DNA of 64,000 nucleotides from Candidatus Omnitrophota bacterium (GCA_028716705.1 JAQUPI010000002.1:14067-78066), one strand, 5' to 3'. Positions 49,875 through 58,965 are shown, counted from the stretch's first letter. Notes: a model not told the origin generated them from the letters alone. Numbers and translations are program-made.

Positions 49875-50537
49875 ATGTACATCGTGATCGTGGGCGCTGG
49901 GAAAGTCGGCTATTTCCTGTCAAAGAGGCTGTGCCTGAATAAGCACACGGTCAGCGTCATAGAAAAAGACAAGCAGTTGTGCGAAGAGATAGCCAAAGAA
50001 CTCGATGTTATGGTGATCAATGGCGACGGATGCGACCCAAAGATACTGGAAGAGGCCGGCATAGTTAGGGCGGATGTCATCGCGGCGGTTACCGGAGACG
50101 ACGAAGACAACCTGATCATCTGCCAGCTGGCCAAAGAGATATTTAAGATCAAGCGCGCTGTCGGCAGGGTCAATGATCCTGATAACGAACATACCTTTGC
50201 CGAATTGGGGGTTGACGTTCCGGTCGATTCCACAAAAATAATCTCCAAGATCATAGAAGAGGAGGTTTCTTTCTCTGATTTCGTGAACTTGATGAGCTTT
50301 AAACGCGGAAAACTCGCTATCGTGCGCATCGATCTGCCAACGGATTCTCCGATTATAAACAAACAGATTCAGGAAGTCCAACTCCCCGCGGATTCGGTAT
50401 TGGTTTCTATCGTCAGAGGCGAAGAAGTGATCGTTCCCAAAGGCAACACTGTCTTAAAAGCGGGAGACGATATTATAGCCTTGACGATAGTAGGCAACGA
50501 ACAGCTGCTTCTGAATTTATTTGTAGGCAAATTATGA
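49875..50537 (+). CDS. trkA: Trk/Ktr K+ transport regulatory subunit, second paralog
   Basis: IVGAGKVGYFLS Rossmann motif. Confidence 0.75.
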   Translation: MYIVIVGAGKVGYFLSKRLCLNKHTVSVIEKDKQLCEEIAKELDVMVINGDGCDPKILEEAGIVRADVIAAVTGDDEDNLIICQLAKEIFKIKRAVGRVNDPDNEHTFAELGVDVPVDSTKIISKIIEEEVSFSDFVNLMSFKRGKLAIVRIDLPTDSPIINKQIQEVQLPADSVLVSIVRGEEVIVPKGNTVLKAGDDIIALTIVGNEQLLLNLFVGKL

Positions 50538-50647
50538 GGATCAAATCCCTCCTGAATCCCGGATTAGGCATTGGAGTTGAGATTTTGTACTCCGCGTGCA
50601 TAATTCTGGCAGCATTTTTGATCTGTCTAATTATATCTTTTAAATAA
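50534..50647 (+). CDS. 37-aa hydrophobic small protein (candidate Trk/Ktr accessory peptide)
   Basis: Encodes MRIKSLLNPGLGIGVEILYSACIILAAFLICLIISFK. Its ATG overlaps the trkA stop (ATGA) and trkH starts 4 nt after its stop. Below the 60-aa ORF-track cutoff. Confidence 0.3.
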   Translation: MRIKSLLNPGLGIGVEILYSACIILAAFLICLIISFK

Positions 50648-50651
50648 GGAT

Positions 50652-52157
50652 ATGATCTTAAGACCCCGCCTGGAAGACGTTAAAGCAATCGGTTATTACT
50701 TAGGAAGGATCATCCTGGCTTTAGGCCTTGCCATGCTGGTGCCCATTATTATCGGGATGTCGGCAGGAGAAATAAATCCGATATTTGACTTTCTGATCGG
50801 AGCGGAGATCTCCCTGGTCTTTGGTTTGATCTTGATCAAGCTCTGTTTTGTAGAAAAAGACCTAAGCTGGATGCAGGGTATGATCGTGGTCAGCCTGTCA
50901 TGGCTGGTCGCGATGCTATTGGGCGCTATACCGTTATATCTAAGCGGCCACTGGAAGTCTTATCTGGACGCCTGCTTCGATTCCATGTCGGGATTTGCCA
51001 CTACCGGGTTAGTTTTGGCCCAAGATCTGGACCACCTTTCCTATGCGCATAATTTCTGGCGCCATCTGATCATGTTTCTGGGAGGCCAGGGTATCGTGAT
51101 CGTTGCTATATCTTTTTTTGTCAGGGGTGCCTCCGGCGCGTTCAGAATGTATGTAGGAGAAGCGCGGGATGAAAGGATATTGCCAAACGTGATCAGTACC
51201 TCCCGTTTTATATGGCTGGTGAGCGCTGTCTATTTTGTTTTAGGCACTCTTTCTTTGAGCATTGTGGCCATGCTCAACGGGATCAAGCCTTTTAACGCCC
51301 TTTTTCACGGCGCCTGCATTTTTATGACGGCATTTGATACGGGGGGATTTTCTCCGCAATCTCAGAGCATCCTTTATTATCACAGCCTGCCTTTTGAAAT
51401 TGTAACGATCGTAATAATGATTTTAGGCGCCCTAAACTTTAGGCTGCATTATCACCTTTGGGCCGGCAACCGCCGTGAAATTTTCAAGAATATTGAGACA
51501 AGGACATTCTTTGCCACGGTCCTGATCATTTTCGGCGTGGTGGCATTCGGACTAATGCAGGTCGGCAGCTACCCTAAAGCGGCACTCTTATTCCGCAAAG
51601 GGTTTTATCAACTTATTTCAGGCCACTCCGGTACAGGGTTTATGACTATTTACGCCGCCCAGTTCGCGAATGAATGGAGCCAGATCGCGCTGGTTGGGAT
51701 GATTTGCGCCATGGCTTTAGGCGGGGCAGTATGTTCAACCACCGGGGCTATTAAGATGCTGCGCATAGGTATCGTATTTAAAGCGCTAAAAGAGGATTTG
51801 AAAAGGATAATTATGCCGGAAAGGGCCGTAATAATCGAGAAATTTCACCACATAAAAGAGACGTTTGTGGAAGATAAAATCGCCAGGTCTGCCTTGTTGA
51901 TAACACTGGCTTACTTAGGGCTATATTTTCTTGGAACGATCGTCGGTATGCTATTCGGCCATTCTTTCGCGAACGCGTTATTTGAATCAACTTCAGCGGC
52001 TGCCAATGTCGGTCTGTCCTGCGGGATAACCGGCGTAAATATGCCAGCGGCTTTAAAATTTACCTATATATTTCAAATGTGGGCCGGCCGTCTCGAATTT
52101 ATGTCGGTTTTCGTTTTGATCGGATTCATTGTCGCGGCGATAAAAGGCAAAAAATGA
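50652..52157 (+). CDS. trkH: Trk/Ktr potassium uptake membrane subunit
   Basis: 501 aa polytopic protein with repeated selectivity-filter-like G-rich loops. Confidence 0.85.
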   Translation: MILRPRLEDVKAIGYYLGRIILALGLAMLVPIIIGMSAGEINPIFDFLIGAEISLVFGLILIKLCFVEKDLSWMQGMIVVSLSWLVAMLLGAIPLYLSGHWKSYLDACFDSMSGFATTGLVLAQDLDHLSYAHNFWRHLIMFLGGQGIVIVAISFFVRGASGAFRMYVGEARDERILPNVISTSRFIWLVSAVYFVLGTLSLSIVAMLNGIKPFNALFHGACIFMTAFDTGGFSPQSQSILYYHSLPFEIVTIVIMILGALNFRLHYHLWAGNRREIFKNIETRTFFATVLIIFGVVAFGLMQVGSYPKAALLFRKGFYQLISGHSGTGFMTIYAAQFANEWSQIALVGMICAMALGGAVCSTTGAIKMLRIGIVFKALKEDLKRIIMPERAVIIEKFHHIKETFVEDKIARSALLITLAYLGLYFLGTIVGMLFGHSFANALFESTSAAANVGLSCGITGVNMPAALKFTYIFQMWAGRLEFMSVFVLIGFIVAAIKGKK

Positions 52158-52675
52158 TGATGAGGTCACAAGTCACATGTCATACGTCACAAGTCAAAGT
52201 TAAGGGGCTTGTTTTATTCTTAACTTGTGTCTTGTGTCTTGCGACCGGTGACTTATTCGCCCAATCCATCTCCAGCTTAGAACTGATCAACAACGCCAAG
52301 CTTTATGAAGGCAAAGTGGTAACCTTTGAAGGTGAGGCGATCGGAGACGTTATGGCGCGCGGCGAATACGCCTGGCTGAATGTGAACGACGGCCAGAACG
52401 CGATAGGGATCTGGATGGGGAAGGAGTTAGCCGGGGAAGTTTCTTTTACCGGCAGTTATAAATCAAGAGGCGACTGGCTGGAAATAACCGGTATCTTCAA
52501 TCGCGCCTGCCTTGAGCACGGAGGAGACCTGGATATTCACGCTCAAGCGATACGAAAAGTGAGGCCCGGTAGAGATGTTGTAGAAAAATTAAATACCGGT
52601 AAAAGGAATATGGTTTTTATTTTGTTAGGAGTATTGTGCGCGGTATGGATATTGAAGCGATTAAAACTCAAATAG
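52154..52675 (+). CDS. Hypothetical secreted / membrane-anchored protein (possible BOF/YgiW-like OB fold)
   Basis: Start set at the ATGATGATG triplet. Signal peptide LVLFLTCVLCLATGDLFAQ. C-terminal TM MVFILLGVLCAVWIL. The N-terminus RSQVTCHTSQVK is encoded by the heptamer repeat. Confidence 0.4.
   Translation: MMMRSQVTCHTSQVKVKGLVLFLTCVLCLATGDLFAQSISSLELINNAKLYEGKVVTFEGEAIGDVMARGEYAWLNVNDGQNAIGIWMGKELAGEVSFTGSYKSRGDWLEITGIFNRACLEHGGDLDIHAQAIRKVRPGRDVVEKLNTGKRNMVFILLGVLCAVWILKRLKLK
52165..52254 (+). repeat. GTCACAA-family repeat, locus 2, with an inverted partner arm
   Basis: gtcacaagtcacatgtcatacgtcacaagtcaaag ... cttgtgtcttgtgtcttg. The arms are about 35 nt apart, immediately after the trkH stop. 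Confidence 0.65.
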
Positions 52676-53661
52676 AATCCGAAATACAAAGCATAAATTC
52701 GCCCCAGGGCCTGGAAGAATTCCGGGTAAAATATATGGGCAGAAAAGGTGTCCTTGCCCAGCTAACCGGAGTGATCCCTACCCTTCCCGTTCAAGAGCGC
52801 GCATCTTTCGGCCAGCAGGTTAACGCTTTAAAGGAAAAGATCCTTTTGATCATTAAAGAAAAACAGGGTTCTCTTTCCGGAGAGAAGCTTATGACACAGA
52901 AAGGCTCCGGGTGCGATATCACCATGCCCGGCATAGCGCGGGAGTTAGGCCGCCTGCATCCTATCAGTCAGGTTATGGATGAGATCTGCACAATATTCAG
53001 CCGTATGGGTTTTTCCATTGTGGAAGGCCCGGAGATAGAAACCGAATTTAATAATTTTACGGGCTTGAATATCCCGTTGGACCACCCTTCGCGCGACGCT
53101 TTTGACACCTTTTACTTAAAGTCAAACTCCAAGCTGCTCCTGCGCAGCCATACTTCACCTGTCCAGATACGGGTAATGAAGTCGGAAAAGCCTCCTTTAG
53201 CGGCTGTCGTCCCGGGCAAGGTGTATAGGCCAGACGCGACCGATGCCAGCCACTCTTTTATGTTCCATCAGGTAGAAGGGTTTATGGTCGACGAGGAGAT
53301 CACCTTTTCGGACTTGAAAGGAACACTCGGACTTTTTGCGAAAGCGGTCTTCGGCAAAGATATCAAAATGCGCTTTAGGCCGCATTTTTTCCCATTTACC
53401 GAACCTTCGGCGGAAGTGGATATCTCGTGTATCATCTGCAAAGGGAAAGGGTGTTCGGTTTGCGGCAGGAAGGGGTGGCTGGAAATTCTAGGCAGCGGGA
53501 TGATACACCCGAATGTCTTTAAGCACGTAGGCTACGACACGAAGAAATATTCTGGCTTTGCTTTCGGCATGGGGATAGAAAGAATAGCCATGTTGAAATA
53601 CGGGATAGACGACATCAGGCTATTTTTTGAAAACGACCTCAGGTTCTTAAAACAATTCTAA
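52645..53661 (+). CDS. pheS: Phenylalanyl-tRNA synthetase alpha subunit
   Basis: Class II motifs (FRPHFFPFTEPS, GWLEILGSGM). ATG at 52645; the track's GTG at 52636 is an alternative. Confidence 0.9.
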   Translation: MDIEAIKTQIESEIQSINSPQGLEEFRVKYMGRKGVLAQLTGVIPTLPVQERASFGQQVNALKEKILLIIKEKQGSLSGEKLMTQKGSGCDITMPGIARELGRLHPISQVMDEICTIFSRMGFSIVEGPEIETEFNNFTGLNIPLDHPSRDAFDTFYLKSNSKLLLRSHTSPVQIRVMKSEKPPLAAVVPGKVYRPDATDASHSFMFHQVEGFMVDEEITFSDLKGTLGLFAKAVFGKDIKMRFRPHFFPFTEPSAEVDISCIICKGKGCSVCGRKGWLEILGSGMIHPNVFKHVGYDTKKYSGFAFGMGIERIAMLKYGIDDIRLFFENDLRFLKQF

Positions 53662-55688
53662 TGAAAGTCACGTATAACTGGTTAAAGGATTTTGTGGATA
53701 TTAAAGTCGCGCCTGGAGCTCTCGCGGACAAGCTTACCATGGCCGGGCTGGAGGTAACTTCCGTCGAAGAACGCGGAGGAGATTTTGTCTTTGAGATCGA
53801 AATCACCTCTAATAGGCCTGACTGGCTGAGCGTGGCCGGCGTGGCCAGAGAAGTAGCGGCAATTACGGGTAAGAAATTAATAGAAAAAAGTCACAAAGTC
53901 ACAAAATCACAAAATCACAAAGCGGAAGTTAAAATCGAAATAGAGAATAAAAAGGACTGCCCGCTGTATACAGCTAAAATCATAAAGAACGTCAAGGTGG
54001 GAGTATCCCCGGAGTGGTTAAAGAAGAGGCTAGAGCTTGTCGGATGCCGCAGCGTGAATAATGTCGTGGATATCACTAATTATATCTTATTTGAAACCGG
54101 AGAGCCTTTGCATGCTTTTGACCTGGACAAGCTGCAAGGTAACGCCGTAATCGTGCGCAGGGCAAAACACGGAGAAAAAATAACTACTATCGACGCTCAA
54201 GAGAGGCCGCTTAATACGGGTATTCTGATCATAGCTGATGAGCGAAAGCCCATAGCTATCGCCGGAGTAATGGGAGGCAGGGAGACAGAGGTAACCGAAA
54301 CCACAAGGAATATTCTCTTAGAGGCGGCTGTTTTTAATCCGGCTGTTGTGCGCAGGGGCCGCAGGAGCGCCGGGATTCAAAGCGAGTCCTCTTACAGATT
54401 TGAAAGAGGGGTGGACCTTGAGAAAGTCACCTGCGCTTCGTCAGAAGCGGCGGGTTTAATCCTGGGTCTGGCCGGAGGCGATCTTACCGGGGCAAGAACT
54501 GCGGGCTTAGCCAAATCAAAGAAGAGGACCGTGAAGTTAGATTTATTCTCGGTAAATAAGATCTTGGGCGCAAATATCAACGCCGCCAGGATGAAGTCGA
54601 TTTTAAAGAGCCTGGGTTTTAAGACATCCGGGGCAAGAAATGTATTTACGGTAAAGGTCCCGCATTTTCGTTTTGATGTCAATTCCCCGGTTGACCTGGT
54701 TGAAGAAATAGCCAGGGTGCATGGTTATGAAAATATCGCCATGACCCTTCCTCGCGTAAAGCCAAAACCGCGCCTTGGCGAACAGCCCGATAAGGTTGCC
54801 CTGATCAAGGATATCTTGACAGGTTTGGGCCTGAACGAAGTAATTACTTACAGCCTGATGGACAAAAGCTTGCTGCGGGAATTCGGCATGTATGCTGGCG
54901 CGGAAGCTTTGGAAGTCCTTAACCCCCTAAGCGCTGAACAGGAGATCTTAAGGCCGGCCCTTATTCCGGGGGTCTCGGCATGTGTCGCCCGCAACCTCAA
55001 CCAGAAGCAGGATTATGTGAATATCTTTGAAGTGGCCAAGGCGTTTGGGCTATCCGGGGGAGTTCCTTCCGAGGAGCTGCGCTTATGCATCGCCCTATGC
55101 GGGACAAAATCCATGCTCTTAGATCGCGGGGTGGTTAAAGACACCGCCGGATTTCTGCAATTGAAGGGGATAATTGAGACGGTCTTTGAGCGGCTTGGAT
55201 TAAAGGCGCATGATTTCAGGCCGTCCGAAAGGCCTTCCGTAATAGACATACTTTTGGCCCAAGAAAAAATAGGCATGATGCAGAAACTGGATCAACCGGC
55301 GCTGGCCAGGATGGATATCAAGAATAAAGACTTGTTTGTTGCTGAGCTCTCCCTGGAAAGGCTCCTGTTTTATTATAAACCCGAGAAAAAATTTTCGCGC
55401 CTTCCGGCGTATCCGGGCATATCCCGGGATATCAGCCTTGTTATAAAAGAAGAAATAACCGCAGGCCAAATATTGGAGACTGTCAAAGAAGAAGGCAGTG
55501 TCCTTCTGAGGCAGGCCAGGATATCGGATTGTTATCAAGGCAAACAGATCCCCGCGGGTTTCAAGGGATTGACAATTTCCTGTCTTTATCGTTCTGACGA
55601 GCGGACATTAACAGAGGAAGAGATCGAGCCTTTGCATTCAGCGGTTTTTAAGCGCTTGTACGAGAAGTTCGGGGCCCAGATCAGATAA
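53661..55688 (+). CDS. pheT: Phenylalanyl-tRNA synthetase beta subunit (short form without the N-terminal tRNA-binding OB domain)
   Basis: 675 aa containing B3/4, B5 and FDX-ACB domains. Carries an in-frame repeat-encoded SHKVTKSQNHK segment. Confidence 0.9.
   Translation: MKVTYNWLKDFVDIKVAPGALADKLTMAGLEVTSVEERGGDFVFEIEITSNRPDWLSVAGVAREVAAITGKKLIEKSHKVTKSQNHKAEVKIEIENKKDCPLYTAKIIKNVKVGVSPEWLKKRLELVGCRSVNNVVDITNYILFETGEPLHAFDLDKLQGNAVIVRRAKHGEKITTIDAQERPLNTGILIIADERKPIAIAGVMGGRETEVTETTRNILLEAAVFNPAVVRRGRRSAGIQSESSYRFERGVDLEKVTCASSEAAGLILGLAGGDLTGARTAGLAKSKKRTVKLDLFSVNKILGANINAARMKSILKSLGFKTSGARNVFTVKVPHFRFDVNSPVDLVEEIARVHGYENIAMTLPRVKPKPRLGEQPDKVALIKDILTGLGLNEVITYSLMDKSLLREFGMYAGAEALEVLNPLSAEQEILRPALIPGVSACVARNLNQKQDYVNIFEVAKAFGLSGGVPSEELRLCIALCGTKSMLLDRGVVKDTAGFLQLKGIIETVFERLGLKAHDFRPSERPSVIDILLAQEKIGMMQKLDQPALARMDIKNKDLFVAELSLERLLFYYKPEKKFSRLPAYPGISRDISLVIKEEITAGQILETVKEEGSVLLRQARISDCYQGKQIPAGFKGLTISCLYRSDERTLTEEEIEPLHSAVFKRLYEKFGAQIR
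53889..53921 (+). repeat. GTCACAAA-family repeat, locus 3 (inside pheT)
   Basis: agtcacaaagtcacaaaatcacaaaatcacaaag, in frame within pheT. Confidence 0.65.
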
Positions 55689-55754
55689 CACTTGAATTTT
55701 TGCGGATATGTGTTATATTTTGATTGGAAAATCAAAGTGTTCTTTTAAATATCC

Positions 55755-55915
55755 CTGCAGTGCGCGTTGGATGCGAGATAATTGGTGAACCAACATTACG
55801 ACAGAGGGAGCCTAGCTCTCCGGATGCCTTGGCATTGGGAGGAGGGCACCCACTTTTAACGAAACCGGTTCACACGCCATCTAGTCCAACGGCACAGGCG
55901 GGGATTTTTTTTAAC
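55755..55915 (+). ncRNA. Candidate structured RNA / cis-regulatory element upstream of rarA (class unknown)
   Basis: A long-range helix pairs GCGCGTTGGATG...GTGAACC with GGTTCAC..CATCtagTCCAAcgGC. It encloses internal hairpins (GGAG-N7-CTCC; ATGCC/GGCAT). A T8 run lies at 55904. Confidence 0.3.
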
Positions 55916-55929
55916 TACTTTTAGCCTTT

Positions 55930-57237
55930 ATGGACCTGTTTAAAGAAGAAGAGAAAGAGAAGGGCAAAGACCTTCCTCTGGCAGTGCGCATGCGCCCCCG
56001 GACACTGGATGAATTTATCGGCCAGGGGCACATCTTGGGTAAAGGCAAGCTTTTGCGCCGAGCGATAGAAGCGGACCGGATAAGCTCGCTCATATTGTAT
56101 GGGCCGCCTGGCTGCGGCAAGACCTCTCTTGCCTGGTGTATCGCGAATATCACCCGGGCCAATTATTCGGCGATAAACGCCACTACTTCCAATGTCGAAG
56201 AATTAAGGAAGGTTATCGCCCAGGCAAAACATAAGAAGTCCGCTGCCGGAGAAAAAACCATACTCTTTATCGATGAAATACACCGTTTTAACAAAGCGCA
56301 GCAGGACGTCTTGATGCCGGACGTTGAAGAGGGCAACCCTGTATTGATCGGGGCAACTGTGCATAATCCGTTCTTCTCCTTATCCTCTCCGCTCCTGTCG
56401 CGTTCTCTTGTAATAGAGTTAAAAGGCCTCCAAGAGAACGAGATCTCCGCTATACTTTTATCCGCGTTAAAAGACAAGGAACGGGGCTTCGGCGGAACTA
56501 AAGTAAAAATGGATAAAAAGGCGCTGGCATTTTTATCTAAGACAAGCGAAGGGGATGCCCGCAGGGCGCTGAACGCGCTGGAAGTAGGAGTATTGACCAC
56601 GCCCAAAAATAAGGAGGGCTTTATTGATTTTGATTTAGAGGCGGCTTCTGAGTCGATCCAGAAGAAGCCGGTGCTCTATGATAAGGATGAAGATGCCCAT
56701 TACGATACCGCCTCCGCTTTTATAAAATCCATGCGCGGCTCTGACCCCGACGCCGCTTTATACTGGATGGCGAAGATGCTTTATGCCGGAGAAGACCCGC
56801 GTTTTATCGCGCGCAGGATCTGTATCGCCGCTTCGGAGGACGTGGGTAACGCCGACCCCTTGGCTGTCGTCCTGGCAAACGCCGCTTTGCAGATTTCTGA
56901 ATTCGTGGGTATGCCGGAAGCCAGGATCGTCCTGGCTCAGGCGGCTATTTATGTGGCCTGCGCGCCGAAATCAAACGCAAGTTACCTGGCCATAGATAAG
57001 GCCATGGCTGATATGGGTAAAGATAAGGTTCAGGAAGTGCCGGACCATCTTAAGGATACCCATTATGCCGGCGCCGAAACGCTGGGCCGCGGCAAAGGTT
57101 ACAAATACGCCCACGATTACGAAGGCCACTACGTAAAACAGAAATATACCCGAAAAACAGTCCGTTATTATGAACCGGCGGATATAGGGCATGAAGCAAA
57201 GATAAAACAGCGCCTTGAGAAATTGCGGGGAGCCTAA
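55930..57237 (+). CDS. rarA: Replication-associated recombination protein A (MgsA)
   Basis: AAA+ LILYGPPGCGKTSLA motif and a C-terminal MgsA domain. Confidence 0.85.
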   Translation: MDLFKEEEKEKGKDLPLAVRMRPRTLDEFIGQGHILGKGKLLRRAIEADRISSLILYGPPGCGKTSLAWCIANITRANYSAINATTSNVEELRKVIAQAKHKKSAAGEKTILFIDEIHRFNKAQQDVLMPDVEEGNPVLIGATVHNPFFSLSSPLLSRSLVIELKGLQENEISAILLSALKDKERGFGGTKVKMDKKALAFLSKTSEGDARRALNALEVGVLTTPKNKEGFIDFDLEAASESIQKKPVLYDKDEDAHYDTASAFIKSMRGSDPDAALYWMAKMLYAGEDPRFIARRICIAASEDVGNADPLAVVLANAALQISEFVGMPEARIVLAQAAIYVACAPKSNASYLAIDKAMADMGKDKVQEVPDHLKDTHYAGAETLGRGKGYKYAHDYEGHYVKQKYTRKTVRYYEPADIGHEAKIKQRLEKLRGA

Positions 57238-57292
57238 AAAAGCGATAGCTATTTTCCTTGAGCGCGCTTCCGAATTGTGATAGAATTTTCTT

Positions 57293-57955
57293 ATGATTAT
57301 AACAGAGCAAAAACCCTTTGTGGAGCTTATAGATAATCTAAAAGGATACACCCGGATCTTTCTCGTTGGCTGCGGCGAATGCGCCACTACTTGCAAGACC
57401 GGAGGAGAGGCTGAGCTTCTTAAGTTAAAAGGGCAGCTAGAGACCGAAGGGAAAACCGTTTTAGGCATGACTGTCCCCAAAGCGCCCTGCATAGCCAGCC
57501 AGATTAAGACCGAATTAGCTAAAAATATGAAATTTCTGCGTCAAGCGGAAGCGGTTTTGGTCTTAGCCTGCGGGCTGGGAGCGCAGTCAGTAAAGGATAA
57601 TGACAGGCTGGGCCTTGTGATTTTACCCGGATGCAACACTTTATTTGGCGCGGTAGTGGATGCGCAGGGTAATTTCTGCGAAAAGTGCTCTTTATGCGCA
57701 GAATGTGTCCTGGATATAACCGGCGGTATCTGCCCGATCACGCTTTGCGCTAAAGGGTTGTTGAACGGTCCCTGCGGCGGGATGGATAAGGGCAAATGCG
57801 AAGTTGATAAAGAAAAGGACTGCGCCTGGGTCTTGATTTACAAAGAATTGGAGAAAAAAAATAAGCTTTCGGGCTTAAAGAAAGTACAGGCGCCAAGGGA
57901 TTTCAAAAAGTCCCTGAAGCCGCGCAAATTAATCATGTCACAAGCCGCACACTGA
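57293..57955 (+). CDS. Cysteine-rich protein with an MTHFR-C/MetV-like LNGPCGG motif
   Basis: 220 aa with CGECATTC, CEKCSLCAEC and LLNGPCGGMDKGKCE clusters. Confidence 0.35.
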   Translation: MIITEQKPFVELIDNLKGYTRIFLVGCGECATTCKTGGEAELLKLKGQLETEGKTVLGMTVPKAPCIASQIKTELAKNMKFLRQAEAVLVLACGLGAQSVKDNDRLGLVILPGCNTLFGAVVDAQGNFCEKCSLCAECVLDITGGICPITLCAKGLLNGPCGGMDKGKCEVDKEKDCAWVLIYKELEKKNKLSGLKKVQAPRDFKKSLKPRKLIMSQAAH

Positions 57956-57956
57956 T

Positions 57957-58394
57957 ATGGCCGGACTGCCCTATTCTGAAAAAGTAATGGACCACTTCAT
58001 GCATCCGAGAAACGTCGGAGAAATTCCCGATGCCAGCGGGATAGGCACGGTCGGGAATCCGGTGTGCGGGGACATTATGAAGATGTTCATCAAGGTCGAA
58101 AACGAAGTGATCGTGGATGCAAAATTCAAGACATTCGGATGCGGCGCGGCGATAAGCACAAGCTCTATGGTTACCGAGATGGTCAAAGGAAAAACGGTCG
58201 AGGAAGCGCTGAAGATCTCCAATAAGGCTGTCGCCGAGGCTTTGGGAGGCCTGCCGCCGATTAAAATGCATTGTTCCGTCTTGGCGGAGGAAGCTTTAAG
58301 ATCGGCCCTGGCCGATTATTACAAGAAAACAGGCCGCGATCCGAGCGCCTTTGAGCCCAAAGAGAAACCTCATGAGCACCACGAAGAGCATTAA
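57957..58394 (+). CDS. iscU: Fe-S cluster assembly scaffold IscU/NifU-like
   Basis: 145 aa with NPVCGD, FGCGAAI and HCS motifs, plus a His-rich tail. Confidence 0.8.
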   Translation: MAGLPYSEKVMDHFMHPRNVGEIPDASGIGTVGNPVCGDIMKMFIKVENEVIVDAKFKTFGCGAAISTSSMVTEMVKGKTVEEALKISNKAVAEALGGLPPIKMHCSVLAEEALRSALADYYKKTGRDPSAFEPKEKPHEHHEEH

Positions 58395-58965
58395 GGCGGT
58401 TTGGGCCCTGCGACCCGTCGGATTGACAAAGAAGCAGATACGTTGTAAAATACTCGCGAGATTAAAAATACAGAAGGAGGAAGACCGAGACAAAAAAAGT
58501 AAGAAAATAAAAGAAAAACTTTTTAGGACTTCGGTTTTTAGAAAAACAAAAGTGGTGATGTTTTACGTCTCGTTTGACGGTGAAGTGAATACTCAAGGGA
58601 TGATAAGAGAAGCACACAGATTAGGTAAGATAGTCGCGGTTCCCGTTTGCAAAAACGGCAAGATAACCATAAGGCCCTGTCTATTCAGAGAAAAAGGAAA
58701 GTTCGAGAAGGGGCCCTACGGAGTTTGCGAGCCCGCGATTAAAGAATACATCAAATTGGAAGATATAGGCCTTGTGATCGTTCCCGGGGTCGCCTTCGAT
58801 GATAAGCGCAACCGTTTGGGAAGAGGCAAAGGCTGTTACGATCATTTTTTAAAGAGGCTTCCCAGGGGAGTTCCTACCATCGGCCTGGCATTCGACTTCC
58901 AAATCTTGCCTTTTCTACCCTCCACCTCGACGGACGTAAGCGTCGGCAGAGTAATTTCGAACTAA
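58351..58965 (+). CDS. ygfA: 5-formyltetrahydrofolate cyclo-ligase
   Basis: GRGKGCYDHFL motif. Start is probably Met8 (~58372). Confidence 0.7.
   Translation: MSPKRNLMSTTKSIKAVWALRPVGLTKKQIRCKILARLKIQKEEDRDKKSKKIKEKLFRTSVFRKTKVVMFYVSFDGEVNTQGMIREAHRLGKIVAVPVCKNGKITIRPCLFREKGKFEKGPYGVCEPAIKEYIKLEDIGLVIVPGVAFDDKRNRLGRGKGCYDHFLKRLPRGVPTIGLAFDFQILPFLPSTSTDVSVGRVISN

Noticed and set aside
55755-55915. Assignment of the pheT-rarA structured region to SRP RNA, 6S RNA, tmRNA or a T-box.
   Set aside because: Diagnostic motifs are missing: the SRP domain IV AGCAGCC/GGAA, the tmRNA tRNA-like ends and the T-box sequence. The class is left undetermined.
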